Shown: positions 1-13,919 of the stretch, one piece after another
Numbering within the stretch: position 1 is the stretch's first letter
Layout of the letters: every line of letters begins with the position of its first letter
NCBI GenBank assembly: GCA_964016885.1
Contig: OZ024740.1
Span: forward strand, 387,314,001 to 387,378,000
Origin: Eledone cirrhosa
Taxonomy: Eukaryota
Length of the DNA stretch: 64,000 bases
Direction of reading: 5' to 3'
Notes under the pieces: model-generated
Seen by the model: only the letters and a program-made list of their open reading frames with translations
The model's database searches: none
Told to the model about the DNA's origin: nothing
Program-made: the position numbers and the translations under genes

Positions 1-1190
1 AGTGTGGGCTGGGGGAGGTGCTGGGAGTTGGAGAGGTAGATCTAGGGTGGGGCAATTACCAGGTAAGGGGTAGATTGAGGGAGGAGTGTTAGGATATGGG
101 AGGTGTATAGAAGGGGGATGGAGGTGAAGGTGGTGCATACTAGATGTATGCTTCAACCTGTGCACATGGGAAGGGGGTTCTTTTGTATTACTGCATAATG
201 CCAGAGATCTCGATCTTGTCATTGCCTTTGAGAGGTCAGTTTTATCACCTCATCCCAGGTCTTCTTAGGTCTTCCTACTCCATAGTTAGCATCAACTTTG
301 AGCCCCCTGCACCTTTTTATACAGCTGTCTTCCAGCATATGCATCACATGTCCTTACCAATTCAATCTCCTCTCCTGCACACTGCATCTGATCCCTCTTA
401 TACTCAGTTTACTGTTCATGTATATTACTATTATACATCCATTGAAGCATTTCTTACCAATCTTTGTCATTTTGAGGAAGAAAACTTTTGTAGCTAGCAG
501 TGGCAGTAGCTCCCTGAACTTTTTCCAACCCATTTTTACTCTGGCTTCCTGAACACCTACCTCCACTGTTAATTTGGTCACCCTGGAAGCAGTCAACTGC
601 GTCTACAGAAACTTCCAAGAATGTGATAGCACTTGTTCCCTGTGAGTGTTTGTTACTTACTGCTCCTATGCAATGGCCACAAGTAAAACCTACTTTCTGA
701 GCTAACCTACCTGAGATCCCACTACATCTCTTGTGTACCCATAGCTTGCATTTGGGACAGAGGATGGAATATCTACCAACCCCTTTCCTACACACTGAGC
801 AGGGCCATTTTCCAGAAGGGATCAGGACCTTGTTTTCTTTACTACTCACAATAGAACTTTGGTCTTTGCCAAGTGGACTTTAAGACCTTTTGATTCCAGG
901 TTATACTTCCAAGTCAGTCATTTTTTCTCTAGTTTTATCATAGATTCAACTATGAGAAAGTTAGATCATCAGCATACACGAGTTCCTATGAGCATCCAGT
1001 TTTAAACTCTACTGTTACGGCCTGGAGGATGATAATAAACAGAGGAGGGCTAAGGGCAGAGCCTTGGTGGACCCCAACTTGCACACTAATCTCCCCGCTA
1101 TAGTCATCATTAACTTTAACCTTGCTAACAGCACCTCTGTACATGGCTTATACTGCTCTCACTAGCCACTCTTCTACTCCTAGTTTCCTT
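1..1190 (-). mobile_element. RTE-clade LINE, degenerate 3' part (RT, PHD finger, 3' UTR)
   Basis: Broken frames give VGVHQG, YADD, KWPCSVCRKGVGRYSILCPKCKLWVHKRC and GWKKFRELLPLL. Homologous to the open copy at 34835-36355. Confidence 0.9.
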
Positions 1191-1199
1191 AGTGACCAA

Positions 1200-1508
1200 A
1201 GGCGATGACACATGAAGAATATAGACAATATGCCCTCACCCCCTCGCACTGCAAATTGGTCATGGAGGTGTCACGACAAAAAAGCACCCAGTCCACACTG
1301 TAAAGTAGATGTGTAGGCACCACGGAAAAAAAGCACCCAGCACTCATTGTAAATGAGGTTGGTGTTAGGAAGGGCATCCAGCTGTAGAAATCAAGCTAGA
1401 ATCAGTTCCCATATGAGCAAGACAAGGTCAGCCGACCTTATATTGCACACAGGACAACCTGTCTAGCGTGGAAGAATCGACATAAAACAGTGATGATGAT
1501 GATGATGA
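1200..1508 (+). mobile_element. RTE 3' UTR fragment ending in (GAT)n
   Basis: GGTG..AAAAAGCACCCAG repeats, TGGTGTTAGGAAGGGCATCCAGC block and (GAT)n tail. Matches 19735-20110. Confidence 0.75.
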
Positions 1509-1509
1509 T

Positions 1510-1521
1510 ACACACACACAC

Positions 1522-1600
<79 letters not shown>

Positions 1601-1842
1601 CATATATACATAGATACATCATCATCATCATCATTTCATTTTACATCCGCTTTTTTCCTGCTTGCAAGGGTGGAACAAATACATATATATATATACATAC
1701 ATACATATATGTACATACATACATACATATATGTACATACATACATATATGTACATACATACATATATGTACATACATACATACATACATATACATACAT
1801 ACATACATATATGTACATACATACATATACATACATACATAT
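1510..1842. repeat. Compound (CA)n/(TA)n/(TACA)n microsatellite with a short minus-strand SINE/LINE tail at about 1617-1676
   Basis: Read directly from the sequence. Confidence 0.9.
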
Positions 1843-2290
1843 GGTGGCTGCCAACTCGTTTTCGAGTACAGCCACTACTTTATATCCATGTAGGAGAACC
1901 CCTACCGAATCACTGAATGAGTGTGACTTTTTAGTCCAGCCAGCGACTTGAAAACTCTGGTACAAACACTACACTTGTGACAATTATTGACACATAGTGC
2001 TGGTATCATGTGACGACAAGTGCAGAGAGATCTCCAGATATAAAGCAATACCTGTGCCGTGAAGCTTTTATAGTGAGCAAAGGCACTGCACAAAGCCAGT
2101 CCCACTCTATTAACCAAGATGATAATTACCAAAAAGAAGAACAAGTCAACATCATTGGATACCATCAGGCTTGCAGGTGTTATATCAGAGTATTCCTTCT
2201 CCTAGAATTCTGCCTTGACAAAGTCTAAGGGGTCATCTCTCCCGACGATTTTGGATGGCCATTGACTCTTAAGTCATATAAATGAAAGGT
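1843..2290 (-). mobile_element. Internally deleted RTE-like element (5' UTR-like motif joined to a C-terminal C2H2 finger)
   Basis: Minus strand has CTAGGAGAAGGAATACTCTGATATAACACC (RTE 5' UTR-like), then [21 protein letters not shown] near the 3' end. Confidence 0.5.
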
Positions 2291-2655
2291 ATAGAAAGTA
2301 TTGTAGCAAGAAGCCAACAGTATTCCATATTATATAAGTGACTATAACGTCAAAATGGGAAAATAGTTAACGTAAGATGTCGGAAAAATATATATATCAT
2401 CATCATCATCATCTTCGGTTAACGTCCATTTTCCACGCTAGCATGGGTTATATATATATATACACACACACACACATATATACCCGACCAATCTTGCTTC
2501 AAGTGGGACAAACCCATCTAACCCATGTTAGCATGGAAGATGGACGTTAAACGATGATGATGATGATGATATATTCATATATATATAGCATGGAAAATAG
2601 GTATTAAATGGTGTTGATAATGATGACAATTATATAAATATATAATCTTGTTTAC

Positions 2656-2792
2656 CTTGGGAACTCGATGGTTAACATTAGCTCCGCGTTCTATGCACAA
2701 TTTGGCCAGGAAAAGATTACGTGGTTTAACATTCAATTCCTCTTCATCAAGACCACAAAGGACTATATATAAGGGCGTCCTTTGGTAACAAC
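2656..2792 (-). CDS. Ankyrin-repeat protein, internal coding exon (gene continues beyond the left edge)
   Basis: Acceptor cattgtag|, donor AAG|gtaaac, 137 nt, phase 1 to 0. Encodes (G)CYQRTPLYIVLCGLDEEELNVKPRNLFLAKLCIERGANVNHRVPK, with the TPL...L.E.GANVN ankyrin signature. Phase matches exon 9478-9344. Confidence 0.85.
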
Positions 2793-2811
2793 CTACAATG
2801 ATAGTGAATCA

Positions 2812-3095
2812 TAATAATGAAAATTATTGTATACAGTGCTCAGGTGCAATACAATACATCAAATGTGCATGTATAATACCATAGAATAATGTACAGATGT
2901 CAGGAAAGTAAACAGTAAACAGTCATGATATACACACAGATACATGCGTGTGTGTGTGTGTATGGAGGGGGAATATCAGGTATAGTGTTTGTGAATTTCG
3001 AGATGCATGTAAGCTTTGAAGAATGCAGTGTCTCGACATCTAACAACTGTTGCAGGTAGTTTGTTCCATGCTTCAGCAATTCTGAGCATGAAAAA
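2812..3095 (-). mobile_element. CR1-group LINE 3' fragment
   Basis: Reverse complement of 8550-8957 (LRIAEAWNKLPA, 3' UTR, ATT tail). Confidence 0.85.
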
Positions 3096-3126
3096 AATGA
3101 ACATAAAGAAACATATTCAAGCAATT

Positions 3127-3343
3127 TTTCACCCTTTAGCATTTAAACCAGCTGTATCTGGCCAGAATTTTCTCACCCCTTTCTGTTCAAACCAGCCGTA
3201 ACTGGCCACTCATACTCATGCTCAGGTATTGTTCTCAAAATAAATAATATCAAAATCTTGTAGATTCAATATTATGTGAGGTAAAGGCTTTACCATAAAT
3301 ATACAATAGTATATATAGAGTAAAGTAAATGCTAAAGAGATAA
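3127..3343 (+). mobile_element. piggyBac-like MITE (family P1), decayed
   Basis: CCCTTTAGCATT...AATGCTAAAGAG ends; homologous to 3746-3951 and 23817-24033. Confidence 0.7.
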
Positions 3344-3348
3344 ATCAG

Positions 3349-3540
3349 TTAACCCTTTCATGATTTGATTTCTTATGACACTTTATTTTAATTAATTTAT
3401 TAAGATGATATAACTTAAATGATTCTCATTTAAAACTATTTTGGTAGATTTTAATTAAAATAGGAACCCTTTAAAATGAGTGGTTTTGTGTTTTATAGAT
3501 TCAGTGGCAGTTTTGGGCAGGATGGTATCAAAAGGGTTAA
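3349..3540. mobile_element. piggyBac-like MITE (family P2)
   Basis: TTAA-CCCTTT ... AAAGGG-TTAA termini. Confidence 0.6.
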
Positions 3541-3745
3541 AAGTCACAAAGATCTTTCTCTTCATAGATCTCTGCAGTTCTCTGGGCTAGTGCTTGGGAC
3601 TTTTACCTGGCTTTTGTGTTACTATGTGGATTACAGAAATACACACACACATACATACAGACACATATATATGCATACACAGACAGAGATAGCTAGATAG
3701 ATAGATAGTGATTTGAATTGATTATTAAATAATGTGTAGCTACAT

Positions 3746-3951
3746 TTAACCCTTTAGCATTCCTATTTCTCTACTATGATATTTTCAAGATAAAGGCTTT
3801 ATCTCACATAATATGAAATCTATGAGATTTTGATGATGTTATTATTTATTTTGAGAACAATACCTTAATGTCAGTATAAGAGGCCGGTTTGAACAGAAAG
3901 AGGTGAGAGAATTCTGGCTAGATATGGCCGGTTTAAATACTAAAGGGTTAA
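3746..3951 (-). mobile_element. piggyBac-like MITE (family P1)
   Basis: TTAA TSDs at both ends; TIR CCCTTTAGCATT / AATACTAAAGGG. Confidence 0.8.
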
Positions 3952-4754
3952 GTCTAAAGTGTGTCTGGAGGGAGCTACATATAAAAGATATGCTGAATCT
4001 TGGGAATGGAATGAAGATGGAAGGGTTTGTTAGCTAGGAGATATGTTGAATGGAGAAGGTGAACTAGATTGACAGTAGCTAGAATGAGATGTGCATAGAA
4101 GAGGTTCTGAGAACTGAGTGGCATACTAATAATAAAACATTGTTGAATACACACACACATATATATATGTATATATAAATATATATCTATACCCTAGTGC
4201 TGTAATGAAATAGTGCACCCAGTCAACCTTGTAAGGTGATAGTGTTGGTGCCATGACAAAAAGCACCCAGTCTACCTTATAAGGTGGTTGTGTCAAAGTC
4301 ATGATAACATGCTCTCAGTACACTCTGTAAAGTAGTTGGTGTTAGGAAAGACATCCAGCCATAGAAACTGAGCCAAAACAAAGCATATAAGCAGGACCTA
4401 GTCCTCTGACCAGTTAGGCCTCAACATGCAACAGCTGTTTAACCCATGCAAACATGGAAAATAGACATTAAACTGTGATTATTATGATGATATATAATAT
4501 ATATGTAAACATCATGTTATTAGAAGACAGCGATTGAATTTGAAAATTGAACTGAATTAGAAACTTTTGCAGTATTTTTGACTACATAAAATAATCTTTT
4601 AACAACAGGGCAAGTAAGCCTCTAGAACAGAAAAAATGGGTATCAGCATGCTCATGCCCATTCTTTTCCATTCTGAGAGCTTATACTCCCTATTACTATT
4701 AAACTATTTTAAGTAGTCAAAAATATGGTATATGTCACTAATTCAATATATATA

Positions 4755-4831
<77 letters not shown>

Positions 4832-4832
4832 C

Positions 4833-5017
4833 GAGGGAAAAGTGGTAAGGAACCAGGTGGACCATAACGCACCAAAGTACTCAATACTTAGGGTAGTAGA
4901 GTGGGTAATAGGAGTAAGTAAGACCCCGACGGCTGAGCTCAAGTCGTTTCGACGGCTATTCAGTACAGAATTAGCCGTCGAAACGGCTTGAGCTCAGCCG
5001 TCGGGGTCTTACTCATT
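4833..5017. mobile_element. Penelope-like LTR fragment with inverted duplication and the 3' part of a hammerhead motif
   Basis: 4833-4965 matches 34081-34217. About 4916-5013 is a near-perfect palindrome containing GAAA-CGGCT(loop)AGCCG-TC. Flanked by (TA)n on both sides. Confidence 0.6.
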
Positions 5018-5019
5018 CC

Positions 5020-5848
<829 letters not shown>

Positions 5849-6149
5849 ATTATATATATATATTAGAGAGAGAGAATGGTATTTACATACAAACATACAT
5901 ATACACACAAACATATATATAAACAGTCATTTATACACACATACACACAAATGTGTGCATGTGTGTGTTTGTCTGTAAATATTTACAGTTTATGAATATT
6001 TAGTATCACATGCATCAATGTACGTCAAACATTTTCAAAACTTGTATGTAGTAAACATTACACATCTATTACATACATATGAAAAATCTGTTGTAAATAT
6101 AAACTTATAAAAGCTGACCCACTAAGTATAAAATGAAACTATTCTTCAA

Positions 6150-8957
6150 TAGTTTTCTGTGACATACGTATGACCATGTCAACACTTCTGCTTGGTGTTG
6201 TTTATCGCCCCCCCCCCCCCCCCAAACTACCATCAGGACACACAGCTTTGCGATATCCTCAGAGTTGCTGCCAAGAAAACAGCCACTTATGTGTTTATTG
6301 CAGGTGACTTCAATCATCCTGAGATCGATTGGGAAACCTTTCGTTGGCCACAGGGTGCAAACGATTTCCTTGAACTAGTGCTGGACTCAAACTGGTCACA
6401 AGTAGTCACCTCTCCAACAAGAGGTGACAACACTTTGGACCTGATCTTCACCACTACTCCTGAAGTGGTTATCAGTTGTACTACTGAGGAACCTCTAGGC
6501 GACTCTGATCATGCTATGATCATTGCCAATCTGGCACTTGAGGGCAGCAACAAAAACCAGGGCCATCTCCAATCTGCTTGCTTTGATTGGAAGAGGGCGG
6601 ATTGGAACTTGTACTGCACTGAGCTACAGCGCCCAAACTGGCATGAGATGTATAACTCTGGAGATGTGAACTCTATACTCCAGAGCATCCTGGACTCAAT
6701 ATGGATAGCGTGTGCAGCATCAGTGCCACGGAAGCGGAAAAATAACCACCCCAAAAATGCAATCTGGGAAACTTCAGCGGTCCGACTTGCCAGGAAAGAA
6801 CGTCGGAACGCTGAACGGGAATATAAGCTGCATAGATCAGATGCCAACAGAAAAAAGCGGAATAAATCTTCTAACCATCTCAAGCAAGTGACAAAGAAGG
6901 CAGTGCTTGAATTTGAACAGTGCATCGCAACCAATCCTGACAGTAAGGTGTTCTGGAAATATGTTCATTCAAAGCAGAGACCTCACTCTCCAGTTGGTCC
7001 TCTTCGCAATCCCCACACAAGCCAGATCACTGACGATCCCAAGGAATGCGCAGAACTCATTGCTGAGTGCTATGCAAGTATTTTTACTGTTGAAAACCAG
7101 AATGTACCATCTCCACCATCTCTAACATCAAATTCCATAACAACTATGGAATTTACACCTGCAATGTTGCGACGTCACCTTAAGAATAAGCGCAACTATG
7201 CCTCCCCTGGTCTTGATGGTGTGACATACCTGCTTCTCAAACGTGGCGGGATTTCCTTTTGCGCCAGCTTTCTTTTTTCTTTCAATACTGTCTCAGCAAT
7301 GGTGCTACTCCGGAGCAGTGGAAAACTGCCAGTGTCATTCCCCTGTTCAAAAAGGGCAACCGCATGTCACCTGTCAACTATCGTCCAGTCAGTCTTACTA
7401 GCTGTATGGCCAAACTGATGGAATCCTGTGTCAGAGAAACACTTTGGAACTTCTGGAGCTCTCACAGCCTCATCCGGCCCTCACAGTTTGGATTTATCCC
7501 TAACTCCAGCTGCTGTGATCAGCTTATCGAGTTCCTTGAGGACATCACCCGGATCACTGACAGCGGCTCATGGGTGGATGTTGTTTACCTTGACTTTGCT
7601 AAGGCTTTTAATTCTGTGCCACACAAAAGACTTATGGCAAAACTCTCTGCAATGGGTGTGAGGGATGATCTTTTCGACTGGCTGAAATCCTTCATTCTCA
7701 GCCGAAAGGAAGTAGTCACGGTTCTAGGACAGCATTCTTCACCATATGAGATGTCATCTGGTGTACCACAGGGATCTGTTCTTGGTCCTCTTTTGTTTGT
7801 GGCATATATTAATGACATAGATGCCAACTTACAGAATGCCACGGTACTAAAATATGCAGATGACATCAAGCTGTACCTTGAAATCAAAAGGACTGATCCT
7901 GAAATTTACAACTCTTTCCTACAATCAGACCTGGACACAATGCAGCAATGGATCACAGACTGGCAACTGAAGCTGGCTGTGGACAAGTGTACCACCATGC
8001 ATTTTGGAAGGAAAAATCCAGCGTCCACATACTCCCTCCACAACACTGACATCAAAAAGTCCTCTTGTGAACGTGACCTGGGCATTACTGTCAGCAACGA
8101 TTTGCGTTGGACAAAGCATGTCTCTAAGATTGTCAAGAAGGCCGAGGGTGTCTTGGCATCACTCAGCAAGACCTTTGTTAGCCGCTCTCCAGCCATCTAT
8201 TTAAAACTGTATACAGCTATGGTGCGACCACACTTGGAATTCGCATCATCAGTCTGGAACCCCTATCTTGCTCGGAACATTGACCTCCTGGAAACTGTTC
8301 AGAGACGTGCAACCAAGCGCATACCCTCCATCAGACACCTACCATACTCTGAACGCCTTGCTTCCCTGGGCATGGATTCATTGAAGCTCCGACGTCTGGC
8401 AATGGACTTGGTGAATACCCACAAAGTTTTTAACCATCTCGCCAACTGCAACCCTGAGCGCCTCTTTGATCTCCATGTGTCTAACACACGTGGACATGCC
8501 TACAAGATAAGAAAACAGCACAGCTCCCATGACTTTCGCAGACATTTTTTCACGCTCAGAGTTGCTGAAGCATGGAACAAACTGCCTGCGTCAATTGTTA
8601 GCTGCCAAGACACTGCATCCTTTAAGACACTCATGCTTCCCGAAATACGCCAAAACTACACCTGATGTACCCCTTCCATACACATGCACACATGTGTGTA
8701 TCATGACTCGTGCACTGTTCATTTTACTGATGTTTGTGCATTGCCCTATGTACTGTACATGTACTTTTTTGATGAGTTGTGGTGCACCTGGGCACTGTAC
8801 ACAATATTTCATTATTGTTATTGTTATTATATCATGACTCATACACTGTTTGTTTTCCTGACATTTGTACATTGTTCTATGTACTATACATGCACCTTTG
8901 ATGAGTTGTAGTGCACCTGAGCACTGTACACAATAATTTCATTATTATTATTATTAA
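6150..8957 (+). mobile_element. CR1-group LINE, 5'-truncated ORF2 (partial APE endonuclease + RT) with duplicated 3' end
   Basis: LGVVYRPP, AGDFNHP, SPTRGDNTLDL, SDH (endonuclease); NYRPVSLT, YLDFAKAF, GVPQGSVLGP, YADD (RT); stop at 8665; (ATT)n tail. Two frameshifts, at the C16 run 6208-6223 and near 7250-7260. Antisense inside the ankyrin gene intron. Confidence 0.95.
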
Positions 8958-9343
8958 TAGGAAATATGACTTTGCTTATGAAACCAATAATAGTTTAGAT
9001 ATTTATTTATTAGGATAGTACATAATGGATCCTCAAGAGATACAGGCATGGAAATGAGGTTAAGGAAATTGCTTTAGTTTACCTTTGGTAAAAGACTTCT
9101 ATTACAACCTTCAGTTCACCAATGCTTTGTGGGTGAAATTTGATAGGCCGAAATTGCAGTAGCTCTTCATATATGTACGTGTGTGTTTATGTTTGTATTT
9201 ATGTCTTATAATTTTGCAGTTTAAAAAATAAAAAGTAGTTAGATAAAATAAAATCTAGACTCGAAAGAATAAATACTGGGGTCACAATTATGAACTAATG
9301 ACTGAAACCAGTAAAAGGGCATTAAGAATTTACACCTTCCTAC

Positions 9344-9476
9344 CTTCATCCAAGTAAGATGGGTTTGCAGTTTCCCTGATAATTCTTTCGGCTGAAATAT
9401 AGTCATTCTTCTCAAGAAATTGTGTAAGAGTTGTTTCATTAATTCCAAACTCCACGTGAAATCCAGCTCTAGCCAT
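9344..9476 (-). CDS. Ankyrin-repeat protein, probable first coding exon (exon 9478-9344)
   Basis: T-rich acceptor ttttgtttattttgtttag|cgATG, donor GAAG|gtagga (phase 1). Encodes MARAGFHVEFGINETTLTQFLEKNDYISAERIIRETANPSYLDE(G) and splices in frame to 2792-2656. Confidence 0.8.
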
Positions 9477-9884
9477 CGCTAAACAAAATAAACAAAACAC
9501 AAGACAGTTCAGCGATATAAATATATGAAGTAACATATGAAAACAAACATCATCAGAAATATAACTTACTAAACCAAACAATACAAACTCATTGTTTGGT
9601 GTCACTACTACACAATCAACACTCCTTATTCTCTTTTTTTACAATTTTTTAACTGGACAAAAACATTACTCTTTCCTCACTGTTCTTTTTTCTTTCTGTT
9701 CTTCCTCCAGTTTGTGCCACTAACTAATCACCACACCTGTTGCCTGTTGCAGGTGTGACACTCTCTGTTCTGAGCATATCTAAAAATTGAATCTATTATT
9801 ATTGTTATACTTTGGGAGGGTCATGCAGCCAATAAAAACACATGCACTAGTTGAGTTTCACATTATTAGTCAAGTATGGGCAGA

Positions 9885-10300
9885 AGGGTTGGCAGAATTG
9901 TTAGAACGCTGAACAGTCTGCTTTGCAGCATTCATTCTGGCTCTTTACATTTCAAGTTCAAACCCCATAGAAATCAACTTTACCTTTCATCCTGCTAGGC
10001 TCGATAAAATGAAGTACCAGTCGTATACTGGAGTTAATTTATTCAGCTTCTCCTCTCCCAAAATTGCTAGCTAAATTGAACTAAATTAGAAAACATCATT
10101 AATCAGGCGGTGGATTGGCAGTATCGGAAGAGGGTCGGACACCATGCTTTGACGCATAGAGTTACGGCCCTTGCCATTCTAAGTTCAAATCCCGCCGAGG
10201 TTAACTTTGCCTTTCATCCTTACAGGGTCGATAAAATAAAGTACCAGTAATGCACTGGGATAATTGCTGGCCTTGTGCCAAAAAGTAGAAACAATTATTA
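9885..10300 (+). mobile_element. Two tandem tRNA-derived SINEs with a Nin-like domain (family S2)
   Basis: GTTCAAATCCC B box, GCCTTTCATCCT..GGGTCGATAAAATAAAGTACCAG centre, ATT tail. Older copy 9885-10100, younger copy 10106-10300. Confidence 0.8.
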
Positions 10301-10829
10301 ATCAGGTAATTAATCTATTCCTCAGTTAGTTTAGTAACCAGATAGTTATTTAACTGTCAAAGCTGTTTCATCACATATCATGTGACCTTCTCATTGACTA
10401 TACTTAGGAATTTAACCTTGAGCAATCTCTACATTAAATAACAACTAAAACTATATTGTGTTTTGGCAGATTCCATAGTCAACATTCATTTGTTTCATGT
10501 GATTCAATCATATTGAAGGTATTGATAGGATGAAAGTGTGAGTATGAGTGTTGAGTAGCAATGAAGTCTGCTGATTCAACTTTATTTCAGTAGAGGATCA
10601 TTCATCACAACCTTTCATTTACACCCCTTACTTGGCAAGTTATTATCATCATCTTCCTTTAACGTCCATAGCAAATGAGAAATGTTAGAGCATATCTCAG
10701 ATTTCAAGATATCAACCGTTTTTGATACCATCCTTACTATCATCATCATCATCATCATCACTATCACCATCATCTTATATTTATGATCACTTGTATTCAT
10801 GATCATATTCTTTTGGTCATTACCCAAGT

Positions 10830-11312
10830 TTCAAGACCATAGGTAAGGGTTGGCAGGAATACCAAATTGAAGATAGCAAATTTGGCTTTTACACCTACTT
10901 ACCCTCTTCTAATGACTGAATGCTGAAGCTGGTTCATTACTGCACTTAATTCAGCCTCCTGTCTGCCATCACTCATGAACATGGCCCCAAGATACTTGAA
11001 CTTTTCCACCTGCTCCAGTGGCACTACACTCACATGTAGAGTGCACTGCACAGGCTTCCTCAAGAGGACGAGTGTCTCGGTCTTTGTAGCACTAATTTTC
11101 ATTCTTGCTGTGCAGCACATGGCAGCAAACCAAAATGAATGTCAGAGATCACCTTCTGACAAGTTAAGTAATACTATGTCGTTCACAAATTCCAGCCAAC
11201 TGATCCTACACCTGCCAGTCTCAATACCACTTTCAACCGAGCTCTGCATATCAATCCTGTACATGAAGATTATGAACAGGACAGGTGATAGTATGCTCAC
11301 GTGGACCATGTG
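10830..11312 (-). mobile_element. RTE-clade LINE (second family), RT fragment
   Basis: MKISATKTETLVL..VEKFKYLGAMFMSDGRQEAEL; homologous to 29130-29620. Confidence 0.8.
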
Positions 11313-13059
11313 TTGAGTTATTATCTTAGTAATGAAATAATTAAAAATTTTAGTAAATCCTTCAAAATTCTTCATTAATTAATTGAACTAGAGTGCATTT
11401 CATTAGAGTTATGGTCATGAAATGGGTTAAAATGGTATTTGTAACATAAATGGTTCTTATGTCAAATTATGTTGGAAGTACTAAAATTATTAATTATTTC
11501 CTTATTAACCCTGTACTTAATACATATGACCTCAAATGGGGACTGGGAATACTCAAACACCTCCATTTCACTCATGATTTGGGAGTCTTTTGTACCAATT
11601 CTGTGGTAATATAAAACATGGCCACCAGTCTTAGCAACAACAGTTTAAAGGTTGGTCTTCAGATCAACATGGTAAAGACCAAAGTAACATTTATTGGGGA
11701 GGTACAGCAACAATCAGTCCAGCTGGAAGGTCAGACATTGAAGGCCAGTGACACCTTTGCACACCAAAGCAGTACTCTTGCTAAAGATGGCAATTCAACT
11801 GATGTGGAAAAGAGACTAGACAAAGAAAAAAAGGGATCAGCTAGACTAGTTAGAATAATATGTTGGTATTTCTTCAGCAATTGAATACCCTCTTTAACTG
11901 TTTATAAGCATACAGCTTATAAACCCACACCATATTTCTAATTGAAACACATTTCTATGTGTTTCAATTTATTTCTAAAATAATTAAATTTGGAAAAATT
12001 TAATAATATAACTAACTAATACTCTTGCTTTTTTATCTGGTGTTTAGAACATACCTTAAACCCCAAACCAGAACTGGTTCAATGAAAGAAAACTACCCAA
12101 TTTCGAGGACTCCTACTTAAATTAGAACTTCCCATCATAATTTGCATCTTTTGTTAAGTTATGTTACTAATACTTCTATCTTAATATTGGAATAATTATT
12201 TCTAACATTGGTACAAGACCAGCAAGTTGGGGGAAATTCAAATCAATTATATCGACTCCAGTCTTTAACTGCTATTTTATATTATCAACTCCAAAAGAAT
12301 TAAAGGCAAATCTGACCTCAAAGGAATTTGAACTCAGAATGTAGAAAGTCGTAACTAAATACCACAAAGCATTTTGCCGACGCTTTACTGATAATGCTGA
12401 ATCTTCCACCCTTAATATTGAAATAATAATTGTAGTAAATCCCCCAATGTTTTCATTAATTGATTCATATACAGTGTATCTTATTAGAAATATGGTAACA
12501 AAAGAATTATGTCGTGAACGTGTAAGAGTGGATTCTTCTTACATAAACCATGATTTCATTCTAAACCAAACATAAAAACACCAACCTTAAATAATGCTAC
12601 ATTGCTTGAAGATCCTAAGGAGATTGATTTGGCAGAGTTATTAGAGTTATATATTTGTTCAGAGCTGCTGTGTTTGAGTTAAAATCCCACAAAGGTCCAC
12701 TTTGTCTGTCATCCTTTTGAGGTTGATAAAGAAAGTACCAGCCCAGTGCTAGTGCAACCCTCCCTCCTTCCAGCTGTCACATACTGGATGTTCTGCTAGA
12801 TTAAGAAACGGTATGTCATGAGGGTGTCTGTGTCTGCTCGCAACTGTGCAGGTACATAAAACCTGAGACAAAAGCATGGTACTGTGACAGCTGTAGTTAG
12901 TTATGTGAATTACCTAATGCAAAGCATTGTTACTTAAGCAACTGAGATGCACAAATTAAATATTCTCTCCTGATATACAACCTTAACCTCCAATAATATA
13001 TATAATACCCAATGTGTTGGTTAGTCAAATGCCAGATGTCACGCTTAACAGCATATACA

Positions 13060-13320
13060 TATATATATATAAATGTAAAAGTAATAACAAAAATAACAAA
13101 ACAAACAGCACAGTACATGGAAGGAATATATTAGTTTAACACTTGAAATAGCAGGAAGACTCTTAATGTTTCGGACACTAGTCCTTCATCAGAAGATAGA
13201 GTTAGAAATAGAAGACAAATAGAAAGTAAAGGATGATGAGAGGAAGGAACAGGGAAAATGAGAAAAAGATTGGGGAGAAAAAAAACACATATGCGTATTC
13301 AGTCGGCCATCTTGGAGAGT
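13060..13320 (-). mobile_element. Penelope-like LTR family A (copy 1)
   Basis: Homologous to 33830-34070; carries a hammerhead motif; follows a (TA) run. Confidence 0.65.
13161..13196 (-). ncRNA. Minimal type-I hammerhead ribozyme motif, family A
   Basis: TCTT CTGATGA A GGAC-TAGT-GTCC GAAA CAT T AAGA. Core and stems I and II intact; stem III is ACAT versus ACGT in the sister copy. Confidence 0.8.
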
Positions 13321-13919
13321 GGCTAGTTAATGGTAAAAACAGCAGCGCATGGCTCAATTCTACTCCTCATCAATGGGTAACTTTTTTATGAATGCACCTG
13401 CATCGGAGTGGCCCAATGCCACGGTCTCTGCATGTGCGAGCTATACAAATGCTATTGTGGAGCTATGGTCAACAAGTTCTGACTACATCTGCTCTTTTGT
13501 TGCCACTGAACCAGTTGGTTCCTACTTCGACATGCCTCAATGAATTACACCATCAGAAGCATTCTTGACGTAGTCAGTTTCCTGTCACAGCTGGAGCCTG
13601 CCAGCTTCGACCATGGTGATTATAATTGCCCAAACAGGATAATCCTTTTCCTGTTCAAAGGAGTAAGCCACTAATCAAAGACACCACATGATACAACACA
13701 TTCTCTACCTTCGACCACAAACCCAGGTACTGCCACCCATAACACAGAGGAGTGGAAGATGTCCAAATACTGGGACTTGACTGACCCCTTCCTTTTCATG
13801 CTGGTTACTCTTGAGACTACTATTTTATTCCTCAAAATTGGGAGGAGTGCATCCTGCCTGAAGGAGGGGCATATGAAGTGAAGTGGCAGGTTATACAGAC
13901 TATTTTGTTGCCGAAACCG

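Noticed and set aside
6509-6934. Antisense ORFs overlapping LINE ORFs (also 35350-36291, 30448-31138)
   Set aside because: Shadow frames of retrotransposon coding sequence.
9479-9605. Apparent signal peptide MLLHIFISLNCLVFCLFCLA in ORF 9330-9605
   Set aside because: It is the translation of the T-rich acceptor tract ending in TAG just before CG-ATG. The exon more plausibly starts at 9478, and the downstream ankyrin repeat suggests a cytosolic protein.
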